A stretch of 59,703 bases of DNA, filler included. It is 7 parts of 7 records of this genome, joined end to end, with 100 filler letters (N's around TTAATTAATTAA, not from the genome) between each part and the next. Parts side by side here need not be neighbours in the genome. Positions count along the whole stretch, not along the records: positions 10,304 to 26,391 come from SRR2962707_4663; positions 26,492 to 33,277 come from SRR2962707_4664; 5 more parts are not named here. The stretch is one strand, 5' to 3'. The notes below the pieces were generated by a model. The model was not told the DNA's origin, did not search any database, and saw only the letters and a list, made by a program, of their open reading frames with translations. Made by a program: the position numbers and the translations under genes. Shown here piece by piece: positions 16,907-26,986 of this stretch (position 1 is the first letter of the stretch; each line of letters begins with the position of its first letter).

Positions 16907-18010
16907 ATGACCGCTACCCTCACCATGGATCATTTGCGCCGCTACGCCATCTCGCGCAGTCTCTTCAAGCCGACCACTTTGGCACGTGCGATCAATAAAC
17001 TGGGTTTTGTCCAGCTCGACCCAATACGAGCGCCGGCACGGGCGCAGGATTTGACGCTCCGCCATCGTGTTATCGACTACCAGGCGGGTGACCTGGAGGC
17101 TCGCTACCCGCGCCTGGCGGTCGAGGAAGATTTCTTTATCAACTACGGGGTTCTGCCCCGCACCACGCAGCGCCTTATGCACCCGCGCACGGCGCGCACC
17201 GAGTGGCCACGCTCACGCTGGGAACAGGCGCAGGCGGTGCAGGAATTTGTGCAAAGCCGTGGTGTCGTTCACCCGCGCGAGGTGGACTCAGCCTTCGAGC
17301 ATGGCACCACCAAGAATTGGTTCGGCGGTAATAGCCGTGCCAGTACGCAGCTCCTGGACGGCATGCATTATCGTGGGCTGCTGCGTGTGGCGAAGCGCGA
17401 AGGCGGGGTACGCCTGTATGCGCCGCCGCTCGCTGATGAGCTCGACGCGGTGAACCCGGATACCACTCTGGACGCATTGGTCGACGTCGCAGTCGCAAAG
17501 TATGCCCCGCTGCCTGCGGCTACGCTCAGCCGCCTGGTAACGAGCGTGAGTTCTTCAGCGGTCCCGCAGTGGCGCGAGCGTCGTCGTGAAGCACTCGCGC
17601 GTGCAAAGGCTCGCCTGCCCCAGGCGACAGTTGATGGCTGTCGCTGGTTTTGGCCCATCGGCGAGAATCCTGGCAGTCGCCGCTTTGCGAGTGACAATGT
17701 GCTGGATGACCGCCTGCGCCTACTGGCGCCCTTCGATCCTTTAGTTTGGGACCGCGATCGCTTTGAGCGTTTCTGGGGCTGGGCCTACCGTTTTGAGGCC
17801 TACACTCCGGCACCAAAGCGGGTGCGTGGTTACTATGCACTACCTATGCTGTGGCGCGGTCATGTCATAGGCTGGGCTAATGCCGCCGTACGTAATGGGC
17901 AACTGGAGCTAGAGCCAGGGTACGTGCGCGGACATGCCCCAGACGACACCGCGTTCAAGCCAGCGTTGCAGGACGAGCGGGTACGCCTCGAGCGCTTTCT
18001 TTCGCTGTGA
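16907..18010 (+). CDS. YcaQ/AlkZ-family (HTH_42) DNA crosslink-repair glycosylase
   Basis: LGFVQLDPI (QxD), LLAPFDPLVWDR.R...WG..YRFEAYTP..KR..GYYALP. Confidence 0.85.
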   Translation: MTATLTMDHLRRYAISRSLFKPTTLARAINKLGFVQLDPIRAPARAQDLTLRHRVIDYQAGDLEARYPRLAVEEDFFINYGVLPRTTQRLMHPRTARTEWPRSRWEQAQAVQEFVQSRGVVHPREVDSAFEHGTTKNWFGGNSRASTQLLDGMHYRGLLRVAKREGGVRLYAPPLADELDAVNPDTTLDALVDVAVAKYAPLPAATLSRLVTSVSSSAVPQWRERRREALARAKARLPQATVDGCRWFWPIGENPGSRRFASDNVLDDRLRLLAPFDPLVWDRDRFERFWGWAYRFEAYTPAPKRVRGYYALPMLWRGHVIGWANAAVRNGQLELEPGYVRGHAPDDTAFKPALQDERVRLERFLSL

Positions 18011-18080
18011 GGCTCGGTGTGCGTGCGTAAAATGAGAGCAGTGTACTTGAAGTGACACCCTCCACCAGGGAGAAGCCCGG

Positions 18081-18623
18081 ATGGGTCTGAAAGAACATTT
18101 CCAATTATTGGCCGCTTACAATCAGTGGATGAACGCAAAGGTCTACGAAGCGGCCGGTCGCCTCTCCGCCTCGGAGTTAGCCAAGGACCGTGGGGCCTTC
18201 TTCGGCTCCATTCTGGGAACGCTCAATCACATCGTTGTGGCGGACACCGTGTGGCTCAAACGGTTTGTGACCCATCCATCCTGCGTGGACACGTTTCAGA
18301 CGGTCGCTGAGCTCGACAATCCTGCCAGCCTGGATCAGATCCTCTTTGACGATCTCGGGCGTTTAAAAGAACACCGGATCTGGCTGGATCGCCAGATTAT
18401 CGACTGGATATCCCATCCCTCCGAAGGCGACCTGGATGTTGTTCTCAGTTATCACAACATGAAAGGTGTTTCCGCCAACAAGCGGTATTCGAGCCTGGTT
18501 CTCCATTTCTTTAACCATCAAACCCACCACCGCGGGCAAGTTTCAACGTTGCTGTCGCAGGCAGGCGTGGATGTTGGCGTTACCGACCTGTTGGAACGGA
18601 TTCCGGATGAAACGCAGGTATAA
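18081..18623 (+). CDS. DinB-family protein
   Basis: YNQWMN, GAFFGSILGTLNHI..AD..WL, HFFNHQTHHRGQ..LLSQAG...G.TDL. Confidence 0.9.
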   Translation: MGLKEHFQLLAAYNQWMNAKVYEAAGRLSASELAKDRGAFFGSILGTLNHIVVADTVWLKRFVTHPSCVDTFQTVAELDNPASLDQILFDDLGRLKEHRIWLDRQIIDWISHPSEGDLDVVLSYHNMKGVSANKRYSSLVLHFFNHQTHHRGQVSTLLSQAGVDVGVTDLLERIPDETQV

Positions 18624-18701
18624 CACGACAAACAACCTCATCCGGTCCTTTTTACCTACGGGTTGGGAGGTAACGATGAACTCTGGTAGCAGGTCTTTTG
18701 A

Positions 18702-19154
18702 ATGAATATGGATATCTCGATCCAGCAAGGAACAGCTGAACACCTCTCGGGCATACACCACCTTGTTCTGGAATGGGGGTATTCCTCCAACGAATCTCAG
18801 ACTGGGGCATGGCTAGAGGCGTTGTTGGAATCCCCGAGCCATCAGATATGGGTGGCTATTTCAGATGCCGCAGTGGTTGGGTGGGCGGTCGCCGAGAGGC
18901 GTATTTCTATCCGTGAGCTGTTTACCTCTGAGATCACTGGGCTGGTCGTGAGCGCCAATGTTCGACGGGCGGGTGTTGGGCGCTTGCTCGTTCAGGCTGT
19001 TGAAGACTGGTCCCGCGCCAAAGGGCTCTCACGGGTTGTGGTACGATCCAATGTGAGTCGTTCGGAGTCCCATGGGTTTTACCCGTCTATCGGTTTCGAG
19101 CATGCAAAGACGACTCATGTTTATGTGAAAGATCTGGATGGGTCCACGCTATGA
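18702..19154 (+). CDS. GNAT-family N-acetyltransferase
   Basis: EITGLVV...RRAGVGRLLV...E.W....G...V.V.SN..R...H.FY..IGF. Confidence 0.85.
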   Translation: MNMDISIQQGTAEHLSGIHHLVLEWGYSSNESQTGAWLEALLESPSHQIWVAISDAAVVGWAVAERRISIRELFTSEITGLVVSANVRRAGVGRLLVQAVEDWSRAKGLSRVVVRSNVSRSESHGFYPSIGFEHAKTTHVYVKDLDGSTL

Positions 19155-19447
19155 AGTGCATTTTCACCATACTTTTGGTCATAGGCCTTATTGGTTGTGC
19201 TTCGCAGCAATCAGCCGTCGACCTGAAGAACTCGGATTCTGCCATCATTGGTGAAAAGCCTGAAGGTTATCCAAAAACCTTTATCAAGCGCCTGCCTGAT
19301 TTGCCCGGCTTTTGTATTGAAGTGACAGAAGACTGGAGAAAACATCCGTATCAGGGTGAGACGATCTGGCTGAAGGAAAAGACGATAAAGAGCCTGAACT
19401 GCCCTGGGGAACCCTTGCCGGGCTCTACCAATGTATTGAAGAGATAA
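19151..19447 (+). CDS. Putative lipoprotein
   Basis: Lipobox LIGC after a hydrophobic N-terminus; ATGA overlap with the GNAT stop. Confidence 0.6.
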   Translation: MKCIFTILLVIGLIGCASQQSAVDLKNSDSAIIGEKPEGYPKTFIKRLPDLPGFCIEVTEDWRKHPYQGETIWLKEKTIKSLNCPGEPLPGSTNVLKR

Positions 19448-19450
19448 AGA

Positions 19451-19681
19451 ATGATTGACCGCAAATATCACAGAATCGTATTTTCGTTTTTCATGTCACT
19501 GTTGATGTCCTGCATCATGTCGCTGGTGATCAGCGTTTTTAACGTGGGGTGGACCAGCAATATCGTTTCAATCTGGCTGAATGCCTGGCTTTTTGCGTTT
19601 GTCGTCGCCTTTCCCACCATCATGCTGGTGTCGCCCGTGGTTCACAAGCTGGTCAGCCTGGCGTTGAAGGACGAGGCTTGA
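19451..19681 (+). CDS. DUF2798-like small membrane protein
   Basis: FSFFMSLLMSCIMS...WL.AW..AF.VAFP. Confidence 0.75.
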   Translation: MIDRKYHRIVFSFFMSLLMSCIMSLVISVFNVGWTSNIVSIWLNAWLFAFVVAFPTIMLVSPVVHKLVSLALKDEA

Positions 19682-19690
19682 TTTCTATTT

Positions 19691-20866
19691 CTATGCCTCT
19701 GCTCGGAGCAACCTCGGCCGCTTGCGCTTCATCTGCCAGCGCCAGAGCCATTCCAGGGGCCCTTGGGTGAACAGCCGCAGCCAGACGGCGCTGAAGATCA
19801 TCTGGGCGATGAAAAATACCGTTGAATACAGCATCAGCGCTGCGAGCGAGAGTGAGGCGAAGCGGTCGCCCCACATGCCATAGAACACGCAGATGCAGAC
19901 GGCGGACTGCAGAATGTAGTTGGTGAGCGCCATACGACCGGTTGGCGCAAGGGCTGAGCGAACCACACCGGTCAAGCGCCCCCTGCCCCGCCACCAGAGC
20001 AGCAGAACGGCACCATAGCCCATGGCAAGCAACGGTGGAGCGCCTACACCGCCCAGCAAACTTACAACCCTGTGGGCCAGGCTCTCTTCACCCAGTTTGA
20101 CCTCGGCCATGGCCAGGGCGGTGCCGACCACCAGGCCAACCAGTGCCACCACAATCAATAGCCGGACATGGCCCGAATTGCGCTCCGCCAGGTGCAGGCG
20201 GGCAGCAGCGGCGCCAAATAGAAACATCGCCATCACCCGTAGGGGGCGCAGGTGTTCAATCCGATCCAGAAACACGCTGACGCTGAGGTAGGCATTGGCT
20301 TCGACCACCTCCAGGTAACTCCCCCCACTCAGGGCTGGCACATTGTCCTGCAGCAGGCGCAGTGAAAGGCCGCTTCCGAGATCCGCCAACCCCAACTGGG
20401 GCTCGAACCAGAGTGCTACACCCGTGACTACCAGCAGGGCAACGCCGCAGGCAGCCAGCGTTGGAGCGCGAACGTTCAGGAAGGCCCCCAGGAAAAGCCC
20501 CATTACCCCGTACAGCATGAGGATGTCCCACGGGGATAGGAACAGAGAATGGGCGGTGCCAATAACCAGCAGCCCCAGCATTCGCCGCAAGTGATAGCGG
20601 ACGGGGCTTTGCTGTACCCGCTGGGCCAGCATCATGAAGCTGTAACCAAACAGCAGGGAGAACAGGCTGTAGAACTTGGCCCGCACCAGGATGTCCAGCC
20701 AGGTGGCAATGGGTTCGTCCCATTCCGACCAGGTTAACGCTTGCCTTGTGTCAGCGGAGACGAACCCCCAGCCCGAGAACACCTGAATATTAATCAGCAG
20801 GATACCGAAGATGGCAAAGCCCCGAAGGGCATCCAGACCGTCAATACGTTCGCCTTTGCTCGCCAT
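19691..20866 (-). CDS. DUF418 (YeiB-like) membrane protein
   Basis: RIDGLDALRGFAIFGILLINI, KFYSLFSLLFG, GRMALTNYILQS, GPLEWLWR; start trimmed to ATG 20866. Confidence 0.85.
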   Translation of the reverse strand: MASKGERIDGLDALRGFAIFGILLINIQVFSGWGFVSADTRQALTWSEWDEPIATWLDILVRAKFYSLFSLLFGYSFMMLAQRVQQSPVRYHLRRMLGLLVIGTAHSLFLSPWDILMLYGVMGLFLGAFLNVRAPTLAACGVALLVVTGVALWFEPQLGLADLGSGLSLRLLQDNVPALSGGSYLEVVEANAYLSVSVFLDRIEHLRPLRVMAMFLFGAAAARLHLAERNSGHVRLLIVVALVGLVVGTALAMAEVKLGEESLAHRVVSLLGGVGAPPLLAMGYGAVLLLWWRGRGRLTGVVRSALAPTGRMALTNYILQSAVCICVFYGMWGDRFASLSLAALMLYSTVFFIAQMIFSAVWLRLFTQGPLEWLWRWQMKRKRPRLLRAEA

Positions 20867-21059
20867 TTCGGATACTCCCTGCGCCGCAGTTGGGTTCTTT
20901 CCGTATAAACGCAACCTTCGCATATCAGGTTTAGCGGTAATAGATGAAGATCGCTTGAAGGCTACCGGATCGTAACTGGCGGTTCGTTGACAGCCGTCGG
21001 ACTGTGCACGCAGCATTGGAACCCTTAGCATTTGTAACCCGGCGCAAACAGGGAGCTCC

Positions 21060-22121
21060 ATGAATCTGCAACCTATCTTCTCGCAGGCCGGTGCGGCACT
21101 GTTGGCCCTCTTCGTTCTCAGCCTGGGTTCTGTGGCCCAGGCCGATGACTGGTCCCCGACTCTGCAGAAAGAAATCGAACGCATTGACCGAACCTTCTCT
21201 GGCGATCTCGGGGTCTACATCCGTCATCTGGGTACGGGCCAGAAGGTTTCTCATAACATCGACCAGGACTGGTATCTGGCCTCTACCGTCAAAATTCCGC
21301 TAGCCATCGTATTGATGCAACGTGCCGAGAACGAAGGCCTGGATCTGGAGCAGAAACTCACTCTCCGGGCTGCAGATTATGTGGATGGCACTGGAGATCT
21401 GCTCTGGGTGGACCCCGGTGCCCGTTACAGCCTGGAAGAGCTCAACAGACGCTCTATTGTCGACAGTGACAGCACAGCAACCGACATGTTGATACGTTTT
21501 CTTGGCGAGAAATCATTCGGAGAGGATGTGGCACGGCTGGTTCCCGAAGGGCTGGGGCCGATTACCACGATCCTCCAGGTGCGCTACGACGCATACAGGG
21601 AAGTTCACCCCAGTGTTTCGGTGCTGACCAATCGTGATTTCATCGATCTGAAAACCGCCCGCACCTACCAGGCGCGGTACGATATGTTGCTGGAAAAACT
21701 CAACATTACTGCAAGAGAGGCGGATGCCAAAGGCGTGCGTGAAGCCTTTGAGCGCTATTACCAGCGGGGAATCAACTCAGGCAGTCTCGAAGCCTTCGGG
21801 GCATTGCTGGAGCAACTGGTCAGGGGCGAACTGTTGAATGACGCCCACACGGACCAATTGCTGGGGTATCTATCCGAAATAACCACGGGTGATCACCGGA
21901 TTGCAGGGGGCTTGCCAGCGGGCACCCATTTCGCCCACAAAACCGGCACCCAGGTGGCCCGCTCCTGCGATATCGGCCTGCTCAACCCCCAGGCACCCGA
22001 TGAAGCGGTTATCGTCGCGGTTTGCGCACGCGATTATGCAGCCCTGTCGGAAGCGGAAAGAGCCTATCAGGCGATTGGCAATGCGCTGCATGAGTCGGGG
22101 CTAACGAGGACCGTAGATTAA
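21060..22121 (+). CDS. Secreted serine hydrolase, class A beta-lactamase-like
   Basis: Signal peptide; ASTVK (SxxK), SDS at the SDN position, AHKTGT. Confidence 0.75.
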   Translation: MNLQPIFSQAGAALLALFVLSLGSVAQADDWSPTLQKEIERIDRTFSGDLGVYIRHLGTGQKVSHNIDQDWYLASTVKIPLAIVLMQRAENEGLDLEQKLTLRAADYVDGTGDLLWVDPGARYSLEELNRRSIVDSDSTATDMLIRFLGEKSFGEDVARLVPEGLGPITTILQVRYDAYREVHPSVSVLTNRDFIDLKTARTYQARYDMLLEKLNITAREADAKGVREAFERYYQRGINSGSLEAFGALLEQLVRGELLNDAHTDQLLGYLSEITTGDHRIAGGLPAGTHFAHKTGTQVARSCDIGLLNPQAPDEAVIVAVCARDYAALSEAERAYQAIGNALHESGLTRTVD

Positions 22122-22199
22122 GGCGCGTCACCCAATTCCAAACTCACCCAATCATGCTAGGCTGATCTCAAACAAATCGAACCAGCCAAGGCATAACCA

Positions 22200-22946
22200 A
22201 TGAGAAAGACCATTCTGATTACCGGTGCCAGCACCGGCCTCGGCGAAGGCATGGCCCGCGAATGGGCCGCCAAGGGCTGCAACCTTGCGCTCTGCGCGCG
22301 GCGGGCGGATAAGCTGGAGGCACTGCAGCGGGAATTGCAGCAAACCTACCCCGATATTCGGGTGTTGGTCCGGGGCCTGAATGTGTGCGACTACGATCAA
22401 GTGTTCGAGGTGTTTCGGGGATTCCGGGATGAGTTGGGCAGTCTTGACCGTGTGGTTGTGAATGCGGGTATTGGCAGTTCCCAGCCGATTGGGCGTGGGC
22501 ACTTTGCCGCCAACCGGCAGACGGCCGAAACCAACTTTATCGCCGCCATCGCCCAAAGCGAGGCAGCCATGGAGATTTTCCGGGAGCAGAACAGCGGGCA
22601 TCTGGTGCTGATGTCGTCGGTCAGCGGTGTTCGCGGCTTCCGTGGGCCTATCAACGTCTACGCCGCCACCAAGGCCGCCGTGGCGTCGCTCGCCGAGGGC
22701 CTGCAACTGGATACGAAGGGCAAGCCCATCAACGTCAGCAACATCATGCCGGGCTACATCCTCACCGACATCAACCGAGAGACAAAGAATGCGCCCTTCC
22801 GGGTGGACCTTGAAACCGGCGTGAAGGCACTGGTGAAAGCAATTGATTCCGAGGTACGCCGCGCCTATGTGCCCTGGTGGCCCTGGACGCCGCTCAGCTA
22901 TGTGTTGAAGGCCCTGCCCTTTGGGTTGTTTGCACGGGCGATGTGA
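22200..22946 (+). CDS. SDR-family oxidoreductase
   Basis: TGASTGLG, VNAG, YAATK. Confidence 0.9.
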   Translation: MRKTILITGASTGLGEGMAREWAAKGCNLALCARRADKLEALQRELQQTYPDIRVLVRGLNVCDYDQVFEVFRGFRDELGSLDRVVVNAGIGSSQPIGRGHFAANRQTAETNFIAAIAQSEAAMEIFREQNSGHLVLMSSVSGVRGFRGPINVYAATKAAVASLAEGLQLDTKGKPINVSNIMPGYILTDINRETKNAPFRVDLETGVKALVKAIDSEVRRAYVPWWPWTPLSYVLKALPFGLFARAM

Positions 22947-22954
22947 CTGGCCAC

Positions 22955-25522
22955 TCACCCGTCCCGCAACAACACCGCCGGATTCAGCCGCATGGCCCTC
23001 AACGTAGGCAGCAGCCCTCCCAGCAATGCCAGTGAACTGACGGCGCCAGCCACCAACGCGCCAATCCACCACAGGTCCCCCGCTGGCAGTTTTAGCGCCA
23101 GGTCCGCAACCGGCAGAGCAATCAGCGCCCCGAGCCCCGTTGCAAACACGGTTGCCAGTAGCGTCAGCAAACCGGTTTCCAGCAACATGGCATTCCGGAT
23201 GGCCTGGTGCCTGGCCCCGAGGCAATGTAGCAAGTTGGCTTCGTAGAGTTGTCGCCGGCGGCTGACGCTGACCACGCTCGACAGCACCAGCAAGCTAGCC
23301 AGAAGACTGACCGAGGCAACCGCCGCAAGGCCAGCGGCGGCCTTATTGAGCAGGCCGCCGGCTGTTTCAAGCCAGTCTGCGGTGCGCAGGGTGATAACGT
23401 TGGGGATGTTGCCGGCCAGCCATTGCTGGGAGTCTTTGGCGGCCGCGTCGCCCTGGTAGACGGCGCCGACGTAAAGGCTGATTAAGCCATCCAGGGCGCC
23501 TTGCTGCAGTACGCCTTCAAACCAGAACCGCGTCTGCAGGCCTTTCTGGCGGTATATCGCCCGAATTTCGGCAACGATCGGCTGGTCCTGCGCCGTGAAC
23601 TCAATCCGGTCGCCCACCGTCAGCCCCAGTTCGTTGGCTTCGCGGTCTTCCATGGCCATGTACACAGGCTCGCCTTCCGGTGCAGGCGAGCTCCACCAGT
23701 TGCCCTGCACCAGCTCCAGACCTTCCGGATTTCCCGCCAGATAGGTGAGCTTGTATTCGTCCCCCATGGCCTCACGCCTGGCTCGCGGGTTATCGGCCAG
23801 TGCCTCCGCGATAGGCTCAGCGTTAATGGCGGCCATTCGGGCGCGAACCAGTGGCAGGAGTTCCGTCCTGCTGGAAGGATCCAGGGATTCCAGGCCGGAC
23901 TTGAGTGGCTCCCTCTGGTCCGGGAACACTTCGTACAGGATCAGCGCGGGGGATTCCGCCGGGATGGTGGTTTCCAGAGCTCGCAGGAGCGTGGTGACCA
24001 TCAGGGTGCAGGCCACTACCAGAGTCAAGGCGGTACCCAGCGACAACAAGGTTGCCCGCAGGGGCGAATCCGGCCGATGAAGGTTGGCCAGTGCCAGGCG
24101 CCGGGCGAATTTGCGGTCGGCGAAGCCACTGTTTTCCAGCGCTTTTGCGCCCCGCCGCAGCCCCTTGATAATGCCTTCCAGCAAGCCCCAGAGCACACAT
24201 ACCGCCAGCAGAAAAAGGAACCCCAATTGTGGCGACGGTAACCAGAACAGCGTCGCGCCGATATAGATGGTCAGCAGAATGTAGCTCGCGATCCGCCAGG
24301 TTCGGGGTTCGTTACGGGCGGCCTGCACCTGCCCACGGAAAAGTCCGGCTGGTGATGCCGCGAGCGCCCTGGCCAGGGCCGGCAGCGCGAAGACGTAGGC
24401 CGTGAGCACCGCAAACAACCAGCTCAGCAACAAAGGGATAAACCACAAAGACAGCCAGCCCCCTACCCCGTCCGGCCCCGACAATGCATAAGCGTCGCCC
24501 GCCATGGATATCGCCACGGCGGAAAGCCCCAATCCGATTCCGCCACCGATCAGGCCCGCCAGACTGCCCAGCAGGCCGACCTGCAGCAGGTAGATGGCCA
24601 CCAATGGTTTGCGGCGCAGGCCCAGCGTCTGCAGGGTGGCGATGGTGCCCAGCTTTTCGTCCAGGTAGGCGTGGATGCTGTTTGCCACCCCAAGGCCGCC
24701 AATGAACAGCGTCGTGAAGGCGATCAGGATAAGCGCTGTGGCAATCTGATCCAGCCGTTCAGCGATGCGTTCGCTACGCTCCGCGAAGGTAGTGGTGTCC
24801 CAGTTCGGCTCCGGGAACGCCTGTTCGAAGTCCGCCAGCCATACATCCAGGTTCTGGTCGGTCTTCACCTTGTACTCGTAGTCCACTCGGCTACCGGGCC
24901 GGATCAGTTCCGTTGCCTCCACCGCCTGCTCGGAAATCATGATGGGCAGGCCGCGCCAGTTTGCGTTCAGGCGTCGGTCCGGCTGTTTCTGGATCAGACC
25001 GCTGATGCGGAACGTGGCCGCGCCGATCTCGATCTGGTCTCCGATGGTCTGGCCCAGGCGTTCAGCCAACAACGGATCGATCACGGCACCCCAAACACCG
25101 TCTTTGCGTGCGGTTAGCTCAGCACGCGACTGGTCCGGCGTGAGCTGCAGCTCGCCGTAAAGCGGATAGGCCGCATCCGGAATCAGTATCTCGGCGCGGA
25201 AGAAGCCGTCACCGCTCTCGCCACTGACAATGGTGTCGAACTCCCGAACCAGCGAGAGCGTCCCGGTGCGCCCCACCCATTCGATTACGTCACTCGGCAA
25301 CGGCTCGCTGGCATCGAGCTCCACATCGCCGCCCAACAACATGCGCGTGTCCGCCAGCAGGCTCTGCTCGATCACCCGGTACAGGCTGGCCGTGGCCGCC
25401 ACCAGGGTCACGCCGAGGATGAGGCACGCCAGAAACACTTTAAGCGCTGAGAGCCGTGATCGCAGATCGGTGATCGCGAATTTGAACATCCAGAGCGGCT
25501 TTGTGGAGGCGTTACGCTTCAT
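22955..25522 (-). CDS. ABC transporter permease, FtsX/YbbP-like
   Basis: Duplicated FtsX-type TM modules; LLGGD, YPLYG; start at ATG 25522 overlaps the ATPase 3' end. Confidence 0.85.
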   Translation of the reverse strand: MKRNASTKPLWMFKFAITDLRSRLSALKVFLACLILGVTLVAATASLYRVIEQSLLADTRMLLGGDVELDASEPLPSDVIEWVGRTGTLSLVREFDTIVSGESGDGFFRAEILIPDAAYPLYGELQLTPDQSRAELTARKDGVWGAVIDPLLAERLGQTIGDQIEIGAATFRISGLIQKQPDRRLNANWRGLPIMISEQAVEATELIRPGSRVDYEYKVKTDQNLDVWLADFEQAFPEPNWDTTTFAERSERIAERLDQIATALILIAFTTLFIGGLGVANSIHAYLDEKLGTIATLQTLGLRRKPLVAIYLLQVGLLGSLAGLIGGGIGLGLSAVAISMAGDAYALSGPDGVGGWLSLWFIPLLLSWLFAVLTAYVFALPALARALAASPAGLFRGQVQAARNEPRTWRIASYILLTIYIGATLFWLPSPQLGFLFLLAVCVLWGLLEGIIKGLRRGAKALENSGFADRKFARRLALANLHRPDSPLRATLLSLGTALTLVVACTLMVTTLLRALETTIPAESPALILYEVFPDQREPLKSGLESLDPSSRTELLPLVRARMAAINAEPIAEALADNPRARREAMGDEYKLTYLAGNPEGLELVQGNWWSSPAPEGEPVYMAMEDREANELGLTVGDRIEFTAQDQPIVAEIRAIYRQKGLQTRFWFEGVLQQGALDGLISLYVGAVYQGDAAAKDSQQWLAGNIPNVITLRTADWLETAGGLLNKAAAGLAAVASVSLLASLLVLSSVVSVSRRRQLYEANLLHCLGARHQAIRNAMLLETGLLTLLATVFATGLGALIALPVADLALKLPAGDLWWIGALVAGAVSSLALLGGLLPTLRAMRLNPAVLLRDG

Positions 25523-26183
25523 ACAGGCGCCCACCATCCATCCGGACCCGATGCTGACAGCGCTCCGCGACACGTTCGTCGTGGGTGACCAGCACCAGGG
25601 TGGATTTGCTTTCCTTGTGGAGGTCGAACAGCAGGGAGAGCACTTTTTCGCCGGTGGCATGGTCCAGGTTGCCGGTGGGCTCATCCCCCAGCAGCAGGCT
25701 GGGCTGGTGCACCAGTGCCCGTGCGATTGCGACACGCTGTTGCTCGCCCCCGGAAAGCTGCCCCGGGTAGTGCTGCAATCGGTGGCTCAGGCCAACCGCG
25801 TCAAGCATGGCCAGGGCCTGCTCACGGGCGTTCCCCTGCCCGGCGATTTCCAACGGCAGGCTGACGTTGCCCAGCGCTGTCAGCCCCGGCAGCAAATGGA
25901 AGGATTGGAAAATGATGCCAAGGTGCTCACTGCGCCAGTCGGCCAGCGAATTGGCATCCATGTCGCCCAGGCGCTGGCTGCCCACCAGGATCTCTCCGCT
26001 GGTCGGGCGCTGGAGGCCGGAAAGCAACAGGAGCAGAGACGTTTTCCCGCTTCCGGAGGGACCGGTAATCGCCAGTGTGTCGCCGGGCGGAATCGTGAGC
26101 GAGGCGTTGTTGAGCACCGCGACCGTGCCGGACTCGGTTGGGTAGCTAAGGTTAATGTCGCTTATCTGAACGCTGGTGGACAC
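25512..26183 (-). CDS. ABC transporter ATP-binding protein (YbbA-like)
   Basis: [36 protein letters not shown]. Confidence 0.9.
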   Translation of the reverse strand: MSTSVQISDINLSYPTESGTVAVLNNASLTIPPGDTLAITGPSGSGKTSLLLLLSGLQRPTSGEILVGSQRLGDMDANSLADWRSEHLGIIFQSFHLLPGLTALGNVSLPLEIAGQGNAREQALAMLDAVGLSHRLQHYPGQLSGGEQQRVAIARALVHQPSLLLGDEPTGNLDHATGEKVLSLLFDLHKESKSTLVLVTHDERVAERCQHRVRMDGGRLYEA

Positions 26184-26391
26184 GAAAGCACCTTTCTTTT
26201 TTAATAACAGAATGTAGCTTGCACGGCGATTATGACGATAGCTGGCAGCCGCGCAGAAGTTGGAAAGTGATTCAAAGTCATTGAGAGTACGAGCAGTTTT
26301 CCAGACTAGCGCACTCTAAAAAAAGGGCCAGACGAAGTTTTACACGACTTTTGCAAAGATGGGAGAACGCTATGGCAGGTGGTTGGTCCCG

Positions 26392-26491
26392 NNNNNNNNN
26401 NNNNNNNNNNNNNNNNNNNNNNNNNNNNNNNNNNNTTAATTAATTAANNNNNNNNNNNNNNNNNNNNNNNNNNNNNNNNNNNNNNNNNNNN
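26392..26491. other. Artificial contig-joining spacer
   Basis: N44-TTAATTAATTAA-N44. Confidence 0.98.
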
Positions 26492-26523
26492 GATGATGAT
26501 GATGTTGTTGTTGTTGATGATTA
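26492..26523. repeat. Microsatellite (GAT)n(GTT)n at the start of a eukaryotic contig
   Basis: gatgatgatgatgttgttgttgttgatgat. Confidence 0.8.
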
Positions 26524-26986
26524 TGTGCGTGTAGTCAGACGAAGTGATTGCGTTTCTCTGTGTGTCTTGCTGGGGAATCGCTTCGTACGCTTTGAGGCGT
26601 GTGCCAACCCGTTCCTACTCGACAAAAGAAAAGGAGAAAGTCCATGAACAGCCCTGGAGCGGGATCGATTGTGCTTGGCATCCGTGTGGGTGAGCATTCT
26701 TCGCTGGAGAGCGAACTTCAGAGTCTTCGGAGTCCACCTGAAAAAGAGAGAGCGAAACAAGCGGGGGAAGAAAGAAAGAAAGAAAAAAGCGGCACACCGT
26801 GTATTGGATGCAGAGTAATGCAGCACAGCAAACGACTTTGCGTAAAAGAGCAGAGATGTGGTGTAGACTAACGAGCGCGGAAGTGTTTTGGTGGACATCG
26901 TGTGCTGAGTGACTCTTTTCAGTGTGCGTCCGCGTGTGCGTTGAGCGTGTGTGGTGCACGGGCGAACTGGGTTGAGTTGGAACAGG

